A stretch of 64,000 nt of DNA from Nitrospira japonica (GTDB taxonomy: Bacteria > Nitrospirota > Thermodesulfovibrionia > Thermodesulfovibrionales > SM23-35), in contig DYFC01000034.1 in the NCBI GenBank assembly GCA_020725385.1, positions 88,007-152,006 of the forward strand, written 5' to 3'. The notes beneath the pieces were generated by a model. The model ran no database searches. It saw only the letters and a list, made by a program, of their open reading frames with translations, and was not told the DNA's origin. Below are positions 1-9,939 of the stretch, piece after piece (within the stretch, counting starts at the first letter, position 1; every line of letters begins with the position of its first letter). A program made the position numbers and the translations under genes.

Positions 1-53
1 GGTTTTAAGTAAATTTTTTGTGAACATTGGCAAATTAAGAGAGGAGGGCTAAG

Positions 54-824
54 ATGGCAGGTTCGGCAAAGAAACATATGGGTCTTGGAATAATAATGGC
101 CCTGTCTTTTTTTGTAATACTTTTTCTGATGTTTTCACCTATTTTCCCAAAGACTTCAGACGGGCAGCCCCAGAATGGTTTACAATGGGCTGATGAGATG
201 TTCAACCAGCTTGCAAAGGGTTCATCTTATTTTATACCGAAAGTTGCAAAAAGTAATGAAAAGTTCATGGGTAGAATGTTTACAGCTACGTTTAAAGTTG
301 ATAAACCAGAAGATAAACCCGGTGATGCCGAAAAAAGAGCTCAAAGAGCATCGCAACTTTTTATTGTTAATCCCGGAGCAAAAGTTGAAGTTAATGGCGC
401 TGAATTAAAAATCGAGGGAGACCTCGGCATGGTATTGAAAGCCGCTTTAGAGGATGCAGATGTAATGTTTAAGAATGAAGGAGATAAACTGAAAGCAAAA
501 TATGCAGCAGCAATGGGAACTGACGATGTTAAACAGATTTTCAGACAGTGGAACAATGTTCTTCCCAAAATCGACAAACTTTTCAAGAAAGAAGGAAAAA
601 TAGAGGAATCTAAAATTGTATCGGATGTTACCAAAAAAACAGTAGAAGCTGCATATAATTTCTACGGAGTACAGGCAGTGCAGGTTAAAGAAAAAGCAGG
701 GCTGATGACATTTCTTCTCGTTTTTTACGTTATTTATACAATGTGGTGGGGCTTTGCGATATTTTACATATTCGAAGGTCTTGGGTTAAGCATGAAAAAA
801 GCTAAAGAAAAGAAAGAAGTCTAA
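54..824 (+). CDS. Hypothetical membrane protein with N- and C-terminal TM helices
   Basis: 256-aa ORF, SD GGAGG upstream, two hydrophobic segments. Confidence 0.7.
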   Translation: MAGSAKKHMGLGIIMALSFFVILFLMFSPIFPKTSDGQPQNGLQWADEMFNQLAKGSSYFIPKVAKSNEKFMGRMFTATFKVDKPEDKPGDAEKRAQRASQLFIVNPGAKVEVNGAELKIEGDLGMVLKAALEDADVMFKNEGDKLKAKYAAAMGTDDVKQIFRQWNNVLPKIDKLFKKEGKIEESKIVSDVTKKTVEAAYNFYGVQAVQVKEKAGLMTFLLVFYVIYTMWWGFAIFYIFEGLGLSMKKAKEKKEV

Positions 825-835
825 AGGAGGATAAA

Positions 836-1270
836 ATGAAGATACTCGTTCCTGTAGACGGTTCAAAATATTCAATGGAAGGCGTTAAAATTGCTCTTGA
901 TTATGCTAAGACAAAAAAAGCTGATATAACTCTGATGACAGTTACTCCTTTTATTTCAGGACTTGACCTTGAAATATCAGCAAAAGAAATTGAGAGCATA
1001 AATGAAACAATGAGACGCAATGGTGAAGATGTGCTTGATAAAGCAAAAAATATTTTGAGCGCTGAAGGTATAACTGCCAAAACAATACTATTATCAGCTA
1101 TTTCTGCAGCAGATGAAATTTTAAATACAGCTGAAAAGGAAAAGATAGACCTTATTATAATTGGAAATCGTGGACTTGGTGGAACTGCTACAAGATTTCT
1201 AATGGGTAGTGTTGCATCCAAGGTTGCTACAAATGCGCCTTGCTCGGTCTATGTTGTAAAAACAGCCTGA
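836..1270 (+). CDS. Universal stress protein (UspA family)
   Basis: MKILVPVDGS start; GNRGLGG...LMGSVA USP motif; SD AGGAGG. Confidence 0.92.
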   Translation: MKILVPVDGSKYSMEGVKIALDYAKTKKADITLMTVTPFISGLDLEISAKEIESINETMRRNGEDVLDKAKNILSAEGITAKTILLSAISAADEILNTAEKEKIDLIIIGNRGLGGTATRFLMGSVASKVATNAPCSVYVVKTA

Positions 1271-1291
1271 TTTCAGCCCCTCTACTTTATT

Positions 1292-1321
1292 AAAGGGCCT
1301 CATCATAAGAGGCCCTTTTTT
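1292..1321 (+). terminator. Rho-independent terminator
   Basis: aaagggcctc-loop-gaggcccttt followed by a T-run. Confidence 0.85.
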
Positions 1322-1520
1322 GTTTTCTTTAACCAAAAAATGCAGTTTAAAAAGCTAACAAGCTATCAAATTCTTAAGAAAAAAGCTAAGAGCAAAAACA
1401 CACCCCTCACCCCTCTTGATAGAGGGTAAGAGCTAATAAGCTAAATAATTAGAGCAATATCTGTATTATTTGGGTAAAATTAGATACAATAATCATAAAA
1501 AAATAAAGGAGAAAACATTT

Positions 1521-2471
1521 ATGGAAAGAATGTGTCCGGTTCCAAGAATTCTTCTGCCAATTGATGGAAGTGAAAATTCTATAAGAGCTGTTCGTTTTGC
1601 AGGATATCTTACCTCAGCCTTGAAAAATGATCTTTTGCATATAACATTATTAAGGGTTATAACAGGAGGGTTCATAAGTCAGCATCTTTCTTATATTGAT
1701 CTTATGGCTGATGTAGTTGGAGAAACTGACACATTCAAGAAAATAAAAGATGAACATATTGATAAGAATATCAAACCAGCATTGGAGCAAGCAGAGAAAA
1801 TTTTTAAGGACATTGGTGCCAGAGTTGAAATTGAGAAAGTTGTCGCTGAGGGGGATGCTGCAAAGAAAATTGTAGAGATAGCAGATAAAAAACACTGTTC
1901 AACAATTATTATGGCCAAGAGAGGGCTCTCGGAAATTAAAGGGTTCTTTCTTGGGAGTGTAACGAATAAGGTTATACATTCTGTTAAGAATCAGAGTATT
2001 TATATTGTTGGCCAGAGAATATTAGAAGATAGTGAATGTCCTTTACCTGATATTCTGATTCCAATTGATGGCTCTCAATATTCTTTGAAAGGTGTCGAAC
2101 ATGCTGTCTGTCTTGCATCCAGGATAGGTTCTGTCAAAAAAATAACGCTATTAAGAGTAATTAATCTTGCTGTAATTATGGAGCGTCTTCAGGGAGGAAT
2201 GGAACCGATGGAGGAGGCAAACAAAATATTCGAAGAGGCTAAGAAAATTATTCTGAATACCGGAATATCCGAAAATGTTATACAGCCATTAATTAAAGTT
2301 GGGATTCCCGCTGAAGAAATACTCAAGGAGGCTGATAAAGGTAGTTATTCTTTGATAGTAATAGGTAGAAAAGGTCGTTCCGCAGTGAAAGATCTTGTAC
2401 TTGGAAGTGTGAGTTCAGTTGTGATAGAGAGAAGTAAAAATCCAACAATTGTGATAGTAAGTAATGATTAA
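1521..2471 (+). CDS. Tandem two-domain universal stress protein
   Basis: Two ILxPIDGS...GSV USP domains; likely start ATG 1521 after AAGGAG (ORF track starts at TTG 1470). Confidence 0.88.
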   Translation: MERMCPVPRILLPIDGSENSIRAVRFAGYLTSALKNDLLHITLLRVITGGFISQHLSYIDLMADVVGETDTFKKIKDEHIDKNIKPALEQAEKIFKDIGARVEIEKVVAEGDAAKKIVEIADKKHCSTIIMAKRGLSEIKGFFLGSVTNKVIHSVKNQSIYIVGQRILEDSECPLPDILIPIDGSQYSLKGVEHAVCLASRIGSVKKITLLRVINLAVIMERLQGGMEPMEEANKIFEEAKKIILNTGISENVIQPLIKVGIPAEEILKEADKGSYSLIVIGRKGRSAVKDLVLGSVSSVVIERSKNPTIVIVSND

Positions 2472-2558
2472 CCTGAATAAGCCAATTAATAAGCCATTTT
2501 TAAGTTTAATAATTATTGATTTTAACTAATTAAATAATTTGTTATAATATAAAGCAAG

Positions 2559-2963
2559 ATGATTGGATGGAACCAGATATGGCTTGGTATAATTGCAATA
2601 GCTGTTGCAGTTACAGCAGGTTATATAATTTCACTTATAATTGAATTAAAAAAGACGATAAATTCTGTTAATGTTGTTCTAAAATCAATTGAAGAAAATC
2701 TCAATCCTGTTCTTGATGAATTACAGTTGACACTTAAAAGTCTGCGAAATATATCCGATGATGTTAATGAAGTTACTTCTGATGTAAAAGTGCTATCTAA
2801 ATCAGTTAAAGATATAGGAACTAATATAAGTCGTGCGAGCAGTTTTATTGGTACCGCTGCTTCGCTGGCTACGATAAGGGCTTCAGGATTGAAAGCAGGG
2901 TTAAAAACAGGATTGGGTTTTTTAATTAGTAATATTTTTTCGAGGATAGGAGGCAGAAAATGA
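2559..2963 (+). CDS. DUF948/YoxC-like membrane-anchored coiled-coil protein
   Basis: N-terminal TM plus heptad coiled coil; adjacent to YtxH-like gene, the usual pairing. Confidence 0.7.
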   Translation: MIGWNQIWLGIIAIAVAVTAGYIISLIIELKKTINSVNVVLKSIEENLNPVLDELQLTLKSLRNISDDVNEVTSDVKVLSKSVKDIGTNISRASSFIGTAASLATIRASGLKAGLKTGLGFLISNIFSRIGGRK

Positions 2964-3280
2964 GAGAAGAAGGTGGATATGGCGCAGGAAGTATAATACT
3001 GTCCTTTTTGCTTGGAGGTGTAGTAGGCGCTGGAGTTGCATTACTTCTCGCACCTCAATCAGGCAGGGAAACAAGACAAAAAATAATGCAAATGACAGAA
3101 GATGTTAAAGGAAAAGCCATGGATTATGTTGGTGATGTTAAAGAAAAAATTACAGGCAGCATTGATAAAGGTAAGGAATTCTTTGATGAAAAGAAATCAA
3201 TTATTACATCAGCAATAGAAGCGGGTAAAGAAGCTTACGAAAGAGAAAAAGAGAGATTGTCCCGAGAAGAAAATGCATGA
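2960..3280 (+). CDS. YtxH-domain general stress protein
   Basis: FLLGGVVGAGVALLLAPQSGRETR is the YtxH signature. Confidence 0.88.
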   Translation: MREEGGYGAGSIILSFLLGGVVGAGVALLLAPQSGRETRQKIMQMTEDVKGKAMDYVGDVKEKITGSIDKGKEFFDEKKSIITSAIEAGKEAYEREKERLSREENA

Positions 3281-3617
3281 AGTTGGAATAGCTCAAGGGA
3301 TTCTTGATATTGCACTTAATACATGTAAGAATAATAATTACACAAAAGTTGATTCAATAAAAGTTAGAATTGGTAAAGCTGCAGGAGTATTGCCTGATTC
3401 TTTAATTTTTGCTTTTGAGACAATGAAAATTGGCACAGAAGCTGAAAATGCCACTCTTATAATTGAAGAAGTTCCTGTAAGCGGTGTTTGTAATAGTTGT
3501 AAAGAAAATTTTTCTGTTGATGATCCTTATATAATACAATGCCCAAATTGTGGAAACATATCATTACGTATCGATACGGGTCGTGAACTAAATGTATATG
3601 AGCTGGAGGTTTCTTAA
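3273..3617 (+). CDS. hypA: Hydrogenase maturation nickel chaperone HypA
   Basis: MHE N-terminus, two CxxC motifs (CNSC, CPNC), GREL. Confidence 0.95.
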   Translation: MHEVGIAQGILDIALNTCKNNNYTKVDSIKVRIGKAAGVLPDSLIFAFETMKIGTEAENATLIIEEVPVSGVCNSCKENFSVDDPYIIQCPNCGNISLRIDTGRELNVYELEVS

Positions 3618-3620
3618 GTT

Positions 3621-4274
3621 ATGAAAGTTAAGGTTGTTACAAATATTCTCGAGGCAAATGACAGACTGGCTGCTGAAAACCAGAAAATATTTGATGAACT
3701 CGGGGTCTTCGTAATAAATCTCATGAGCGGTCCCGGTGCTGGTAAAACTTCTGTGCTTGAAAGTACAATTAAAGAAGTAAATGGAAAAATAAAGATCGGC
3801 GTAATAGAAGGTGACATAGCCGGTGATGATGATGCCCGCAGGATTGAAAGTCTAAATATACCTGTTGTGCAGATAAATACAGGAGGTGCCTGTCATCTTG
3901 ATGCAAACATGATCAGGGTTGTAATGAATGAGCTTCCTTTAAAAGATATTGATTTGCTTTTTATCGAAAATGTCGGAAATCTCGTTTGCCCTGCTGAATT
4001 CAATGTTGGTGAAGATATTAAAGTAATGCTATTAAGCATTGCAGAAGGTCATGATAAACCATTGAAATATCCTTTGATGTTTCAAACATCTTCTGCTTTA
4101 ATTTTAAATAAAATAGATCTTTTGCCTTATACAAATGCAGATATTCAAAAGATAAAGAAAGATGCATTATCTCTTAATCCCGGGTTGAAGATTTTTGAGG
4201 TTTCATGCAAAACAGGAGAAGGTGTCTCTGAATGGGTTAAATGGTTGTATTCAATTGTTAATAATAAACCTTAG
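3621..4274 (+). CDS. hypB: Hydrogenase nickel incorporation GTPase HypB
   Basis: GPGAGKT, GACHLDA, ENVGNLVCPA, NKID. Confidence 0.96.
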   Translation: MKVKVVTNILEANDRLAAENQKIFDELGVFVINLMSGPGAGKTSVLESTIKEVNGKIKIGVIEGDIAGDDDARRIESLNIPVVQINTGGACHLDANMIRVVMNELPLKDIDLLFIENVGNLVCPAEFNVGEDIKVMLLSIAEGHDKPLKYPLMFQTSSALILNKIDLLPYTNADIQKIKKDALSLNPGLKIFEVSCKTGEGVSEWVKWLYSIVNNKP

Positions 4275-4300
4275 AGTCTGGAGCTAAGAATATACTTTTT

Positions 4301-4335
4301 AAAGGGTTCAGATTTTTCAAACTGAACCCTTTTTA
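4301..4335 (+). terminator. Rho-independent terminator after hypB
   Basis: aaagggttcag-loop-ctgaacccttttt. Confidence 0.85.
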
Positions 4336-4491
4336 TTGCCTTAAATAAAAAAGTTTCAACCCGTGTAAACCATATAAAATGTGTAAACCGTTAAATTGTT
4401 TAAGTCGTTTGAACAACTCTTTGCTCTTCGCTATCTGGCATTTTAGCTTTTTTATCTGCATTTTTTGGGTAAGATTAAGTTATCATTAAAT

Positions 4492-6852
4492 ATGGATAAA
4501 AAACGGGTAAGGATTTTTGTTAAAGGCATAGTGCAGGGAGTAGGTTTCAGACCATTTGTGTATAATCTTGCAGAATTACTGGGACTTAAAGGTTATGTGA
4601 TAAATTCTTCAAAAGGCGTAACAATTGAAATAGAAGGAGATAAAATTGATTCTTTTATTCATAAATTAAAAAATGAAGCCCCTCCTTTATCTCAAATCCT
4701 GAGTGTAGAAATTATTGAACTGCCATATCATGGTTATAAAGATTTTAGAATTCAAGAAAGCAAAGATGAAGGTAGTTTTACTTTAATTTCTCCAGATGTC
4801 TCAATTTGTAATGACTGCTTTAATGAAATGCTTGATAGGAATGATAGGCGTTATTTATATCCTTTCATTAACTGCACAAATTGCGGTCCGAGATACACAA
4901 TCACAAAATGTGTTCCTTACGATAGACCTAATACTACCATGGCTGTCTTTAAAATGTGCAAGGATTGTTTTAGAGAATATGATGATCCCCGTAACAGGCG
5001 TTTCCATGCACAACCAAACGCATGTCCCGTATGTGGACCACAGGTTGAACTTTTTTATAAAGGGGAAAAATTAAAGGATAAAAGACAAAATCCAATAAAA
5101 CAAGCCATTGAAATTTTAAAAAAAGGAGAAATAGTAGCTGTCAAAGGTCTCGGAGGTTTTCACATTGCCTGTGATGCTTTAAATAAAGATGCTGTTGAAA
5201 GACTAAGAAGAGAGAAGAGAAAAAATAATAAACCATTTGCTTTGATGTCCCCTGATATTGAAACAATAGAAAAATATTGCTATGTATCTGAAGATGAAGA
5301 AAAAATCCTGAAATCAAATAAAAGACCAATTGTTTTATTAAGAAAGAAGAAGAATAATTTGCCGGAGGCAATAGCTCCTGACAATCCTTCTATTGGTTTC
5401 ATGCTTCCTTATACTCCCTTACATTATCTTTTATTCTATTATCCTCTTGAAAAAGAAAGTTGCAAAGGAAAACCGAGTCCAAATTTTGAAGCCTTAGTTA
5501 TGACAAGCGGAAACATTTCAGAAGAACCAATTGTCACTGATAACAAAGAGGCTAGAAAGAAATTATCTGGAATAGCTGATGCATTTCTTGTCCACAACAG
5601 GGATATTTTTATGAGAGTTGACGATTCTGTGATACGAATTATAGATAAAAAACCGTTGAAAAAATTAAAAGAACGCAACGGTATGGAATCTATAATTTAT
5701 TTTATAAGACGTTCGCGTGGTTTTGTACCTGATCCTGTTCAACTTCATGAAGAAGGGCCTGAGGTACTTGGCTGCGGTGCTGACATGAAAAATATTTTTA
5801 CCTTAACAAAGGGCAGCTTTGCTATACCATCCCAGCATATAGGTGATATGGAGAATTATGAGACACTACAATTTTTTGAGGAAAGCCTGAATAATCTTAA
5901 ATCTGTATATAGAGTTAAGCCTGTGGCTCTTGCGTATGACCTGCATCCAATGTACCTGTCAACACAATGGGCATTGAGGCAAAAAAATATAAAAAAGACA
6001 CCTATTCAACATCATTATGCCCATGTTGCTTCTATAATGGCTGAAAAAGGTATTAAAGACAAAATAATCGGAGTTTCATTTGATGGAACAGGATATGGAA
6101 CAGACGGCAATCTATGGGGTGGGGAATTTCTTATCGCTGATATAAAAGGCTTCGAGAGGGCAGGGCATTTAAAGTATATACCACTACCCGGAGGAGAAAA
6201 AGCTGTAAAAGAACCATGGAGAATAGCACTAAGTTATATCCATTCTTGTTTTAAGAATAAAACTTTATCCACCCTGCAATCTATAGGATTCACAAATAAA
6301 TACGGGATAGATAATATTAATAGTATCCTGTCTATTATTAACAATACACAGTTTTCTCCTTTATCATCTGGAGCCGGCAGGTTATTTGATGCAGTATCAG
6401 CATTGATAGGAATATGTGATAAAAATACTTTTGAAGGTGAAGCAGCAATTGCTCTTGAAGCAGCGGTCAGCAATAATATTAAAGGTAATTATCCGGTGAA
6501 TTTAATATTTAACAATTGCTATGAAATTGATTTTTCCCCAACATTTTTAAATATTGTTAATGATTTGAATAAAAAGACAGATAAAGGTATTATATCTGCT
6601 AAGTTTCATAATACTGTTGTTAAGGTTATAGTTGAGATTGTTTTAAAACTTTCTGAAAAATATTCAATAAAGGATGTAGCCTTATGCGGCGGGGTATTTC
6701 AGAACATGTATTTGCTTTATAAAACAATTGAAGGACTATCTATAAAAAATTTAAACATTCATATACATGATAAGGTGCCAACAAATGATGCAGGTATATC
6801 GCTTGGCCAGGCTTATATTATACGGGAAAGAATTAAAATAGGAATTGAATAA
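4492..6852 (+). CDS. hypF: Carbamoyltransferase HypF
   Basis: GIVQGVGFRPF acylphosphatase domain, zinc fingers (CTNCGPR, CPVCGP), QHHYAH, DGTGYG; likely ATG at 4492. Confidence 0.96.
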   Translation: MDKKRVRIFVKGIVQGVGFRPFVYNLAELLGLKGYVINSSKGVTIEIEGDKIDSFIHKLKNEAPPLSQILSVEIIELPYHGYKDFRIQESKDEGSFTLISPDVSICNDCFNEMLDRNDRRYLYPFINCTNCGPRYTITKCVPYDRPNTTMAVFKMCKDCFREYDDPRNRRFHAQPNACPVCGPQVELFYKGEKLKDKRQNPIKQAIEILKKGEIVAVKGLGGFHIACDALNKDAVERLRREKRKNNKPFALMSPDIETIEKYCYVSEDEEKILKSNKRPIVLLRKKKNNLPEAIAPDNPSIGFMLPYTPLHYLLFYYPLEKESCKGKPSPNFEALVMTSGNISEEPIVTDNKEARKKLSGIADAFLVHNRDIFMRVDDSVIRIIDKKPLKKLKERNGMESIIYFIRRSRGFVPDPVQLHEEGPEVLGCGADMKNIFTLTKGSFAIPSQHIGDMENYETLQFFEESLNNLKSVYRVKPVALAYDLHPMYLSTQWALRQKNIKKTPIQHHYAHVASIMAEKGIKDKIIGVSFDGTGYGTDGNLWGGEFLIADIKGFERAGHLKYIPLPGGEKAVKEPWRIALSYIHSCFKNKTLSTLQSIGFTNKYGIDNINSILSIINNTQFSPLSSGAGRLFDAVSALIGICDKNTFEGEAAIALEAAVSNNIKGNYPVNLIFNNCYEIDFSPTFLNIVNDLNKKTDKGIISAKFHNTVVKVIVEIVLKLSEKYSIKDVALCGGVFQNMYLLYKTIEGLSIKNLNIHIHDKVPTNDAGISLGQAYIIRERIKIGIE

Positions 6853-6899
6853 AAAGAAGAACTAATTTGAAATAGATTAATCAGAGGAGGGAGTTGTAA

Positions 6900-7970
6900 A
6901 TGCAAAGGATAATAAAAAAAATTCACAGTTTAATGAAAACCATTAACAAACCTGTAAAACTTATGGAAGTTTGTGGTACTCATACTGTTGCTATTTTCAG
7001 GCATGGCATAAGAGGTGTAATACCAAAAGAAATTGTTTTATTAAGTGGACCCGGTTGTCCTGTATGTGTTACCCCAATCAAAGATGTTGATATAGCAATA
7101 GCAATAGCAAAAAAAGATGGATATATACTTACAACATTCGGAGATATGATGCGAGTTCCGGGGAGTAAAAAACAATCTTTATTTCATGCGCAGGCAGAAG
7201 GCGCAAATATAAACATTGTATATTCTCCTATGGATGCTCTTAATATTGCCATAAAGAATAAAGAAAAGAAAGTTGTATTTTTTGCAACTGGTTTCGAGAC
7301 AACATCTCCTTCTATCGCGGGAACCCTTTATCAGGCCGAGCATCTTGGTGTCAAAAATTTTTTTATATATTCTGCTCATAAAGTTGTTCCGCCTGCATTA
7401 AAAGCTCTGGTAAATTCACCTGATTTAAAACTTGATGGTTTTATACTGCCTGGGCATGTTAGCACAATAATAGGAAGCAAGCCTTATGAATTTATTGCTA
7501 CCGAATACAAAATCCCATCTGTTATAACAGGATTCGATGCTGAAGATATTCTTACATCAATAATGATGCTTCTTACACAGATAGCAGAAGGCAGGGCTGA
7601 GATTGAAATACAATATACAAGTGTGGTTAAACCCGAAGGAAATCGTAAAGCTTTGGAATTGATTAATGAATATTTTGAACCATGTGATGCAAACTGGAGA
7701 GGTATTGGTGTTATACCGGGCAGCGGACTGAAATTAAGAAGAAGCAAGAAACATTTTGATATTAATACTATACTCAAGATAGATGTTGCCGAATCAGCAG
7801 AACCCAAAGGCTGTCAATGCGGTCATGTTCTCAGAGGTGTTAAAATACCTACAGAATGTAAATTATTCGGAAAAGCATGTACACCGGAACATCCTGTCGG
7901 AGCTTGCATGGTCAGTACAGAAGGTAGCTGCGCAGCATATTATAAATATTCAGGAACGGTAAGATTTTAA
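6900..7970 (+). CDS. hypD: Hydrogenase formation protein HypD
   Basis: MEVCGTHT, GPGCPVC, GFETT, PGHVS, C-terminal 4Fe-4S cysteines. Confidence 0.96.
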   Translation: MQRIIKKIHSLMKTINKPVKLMEVCGTHTVAIFRHGIRGVIPKEIVLLSGPGCPVCVTPIKDVDIAIAIAKKDGYILTTFGDMMRVPGSKKQSLFHAQAEGANINIVYSPMDALNIAIKNKEKKVVFFATGFETTSPSIAGTLYQAEHLGVKNFFIYSAHKVVPPALKALVNSPDLKLDGFILPGHVSTIIGSKPYEFIATEYKIPSVITGFDAEDILTSIMMLLTQIAEGRAEIEIQYTSVVKPEGNRKALELINEYFEPCDANWRGIGVIPGSGLKLRRSKKHFDINTILKIDVAESAEPKGCQCGHVLRGVKIPTECKLFGKACTPEHPVGACMVSTEGSCAAYYKYSGTVRF

Positions 7971-8204
7971 TGTTAAGAATTAAATTAGAGAAACAAACAT
8001 AATAATATAATTAACAAATTACTAAGCTATCACTTAGCAATCTCGAAAGCCTAAACAACTTGCTGATTTATCGAGAAATTTTATTGTTTAAAAAACAAAC
8101 GTTAATATTGCTTTATTTCTAAAATATAATCACAAATTTAGTTAAAATAAAAACAAAGGTGTTCAAAAAAATTAACTAAAAATAGTTTTTAACTTAATTC
8201 CATT

Positions 8205-9353
8205 ATGAAAGAACTGACAATTCTTCTTCCATGTCTAAATGAAGCAGAGACAATCGGTCAATGCATTAAAAGAGCAAGGAAACTTCTTGATGATCATGGA
8301 ATTGATGGTGAAATACTTATTTCAGATAATGGTTCAACCGATGGTAGCCAGGCAATATCAAATAAACTTGGTGCCAGGGTAGTTGAATGCCCTATTAGAG
8401 GGTACGGGGCTGCTTTACAATTTGGAATTGAAAGAGCTGAAGGTAAATTTATCTTAATGGGAGACGCTGATGACAGCTATCATTTTGATGAAGCGTTTCC
8501 TATGATTCAAAAACTTAGGGAAGGTTATGATATCTGTATCGGAACACGACTAAAAGGTAAAATAATGAAAAATGCGATGCCGTTTCTCAACAGGTATCTC
8601 GGTACGCCTGTAATAACTAAAATTGGAAAAATATTTTTTAAAGTTGCTCTTAGTGATTACAATTGTGGAATGAGAGCGTTTAGAAGGGATAAGCTTCTTG
8701 AACTGAATCTTGTTACAACCGGCATGGAATGGGCATCCGAGATGATTATTAAGTCTAAACTTGCGGGTCTAAAAATGACGGAAGTTCCTATTACATTATA
8801 TAAAGATGGCAGAAGCAGACCTCCTCATCTCAGACGATGGAGGGATGGCTGGCGTCATATAAGGTTTATGCTTCTTCATTCACCTAAATGGCTTTTTACA
8901 ATTCCCGGGATTGTCATGATAGCAGTTGGTATAACCGGTGAAATTTTATTAATGCCCGGTGTATTTAAAATCGGAAATGTTAATTTTGATGTTCATACTC
9001 TTACTGCTATGGCTATTTTAACTATTGTTGGTACACAGGTAATGTTCACAGGAATTTTTGCAAATTTATATTCACACATTACCGGTATTCTTCCTGAAGA
9101 TGAAAAATATAGAAATTTAATAAAGAAATTTTCATTGGAAAAAGTTCTCGTGTTCTGTTTAATTCTTTTCATTTTTGGATTAACAGGGTTTTTATATACA
9201 TTATGGGAGTGGTATAGGGTAAATTTTTCTGAATTGAATTATCAGGTAACAATGAGACAGCTTGTACCATCGCTTACGCTCATAGCTATTTCAATTCAAG
9301 GAATGTTCAATGGCTTTATGCTATCATTACTTTTTTTAAGAACAAAAAAGTAA
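8205..9353 (+). CDS. GT2 glycosyltransferase (polyprenol-phosphate sugar synthase-like) with C-terminal TM helices
   Basis: LPCLNEA, DNGSTD, GYGAA, DADD motifs; about 4 C-terminal TM segments. Confidence 0.88.
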   Translation: MKELTILLPCLNEAETIGQCIKRARKLLDDHGIDGEILISDNGSTDGSQAISNKLGARVVECPIRGYGAALQFGIERAEGKFILMGDADDSYHFDEAFPMIQKLREGYDICIGTRLKGKIMKNAMPFLNRYLGTPVITKIGKIFFKVALSDYNCGMRAFRRDKLLELNLVTTGMEWASEMIIKSKLAGLKMTEVPITLYKDGRSRPPHLRRWRDGWRHIRFMLLHSPKWLFTIPGIVMIAVGITGEILLMPGVFKIGNVNFDVHTLTAMAILTIVGTQVMFTGIFANLYSHITGILPEDEKYRNLIKKFSLEKVLVFCLILFIFGLTGFLYTLWEWYRVNFSELNYQVTMRQLVPSLTLIAISIQGMFNGFMLSLLFLRTKK

Positions 9354-9380
9354 CATTTTTAATATTGCATATTTTCATTT

Positions 9381-9926
9381 ATGAAAAAGCTTGATTATAT
9401 TTTACAGAATTGGAGATATTCAATGGTTATTTCATTTATTCCATCTGGTTCTGAAATACTTGATATAGGCGGATATGACGGTTCGTTTTTACTAAAAGTA
9501 AAGAATAAAATCAAAAAAGGATATTGTATTGACCCGCTGATTAGTCCATTCAAAGATGATAAACTTGAATTTATAAAAGAACAAGTAAATAACAAATTGC
9601 CCTTTGCAGACTCATCATTTGATGTAATTACAATGATTGCTGTTTTTGAACATTTAAGAAAAAGCAGAACAATTGCAGTTTCTGAAGCATATCGGCTCTT
9701 AAAAAAAGGTGGAATAGCAATACTAACCATACCCGACAAATTTGTTGACAATATATTAAAAATTTTATCTACGCTAAAGCTAATTGATGGCATTTCTATT
9801 GAAGAACATGATAATTATGAAGTATCTGAGACTATTGAAATATTTTCTAAATATGGTTTTACATTACAAAAGTGGCAAAAGTTTCAGCTCGGCTTGAATA
9901 ATCTTTTTATCTTCAAAAAAAAATGA
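9381..9926 (+). CDS. Class I SAM-dependent methyltransferase
   Basis: LDIGGYDG motif I; LPFADSSFDVI; VFEHL. Confidence 0.85.
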   Translation: MKKLDYILQNWRYSMVISFIPSGSEILDIGGYDGSFLLKVKNKIKKGYCIDPLISPFKDDKLEFIKEQVNNKLPFADSSFDVITMIAVFEHLRKSRTIAVSEAYRLLKKGGIAILTIPDKFVDNILKILSTLKLIDGISIEEHDNYEVSETIEIFSKYGFTLQKWQKFQLGLNNLFIFKKK

Positions 9927-9939
9927 GGAGGCAATATTT

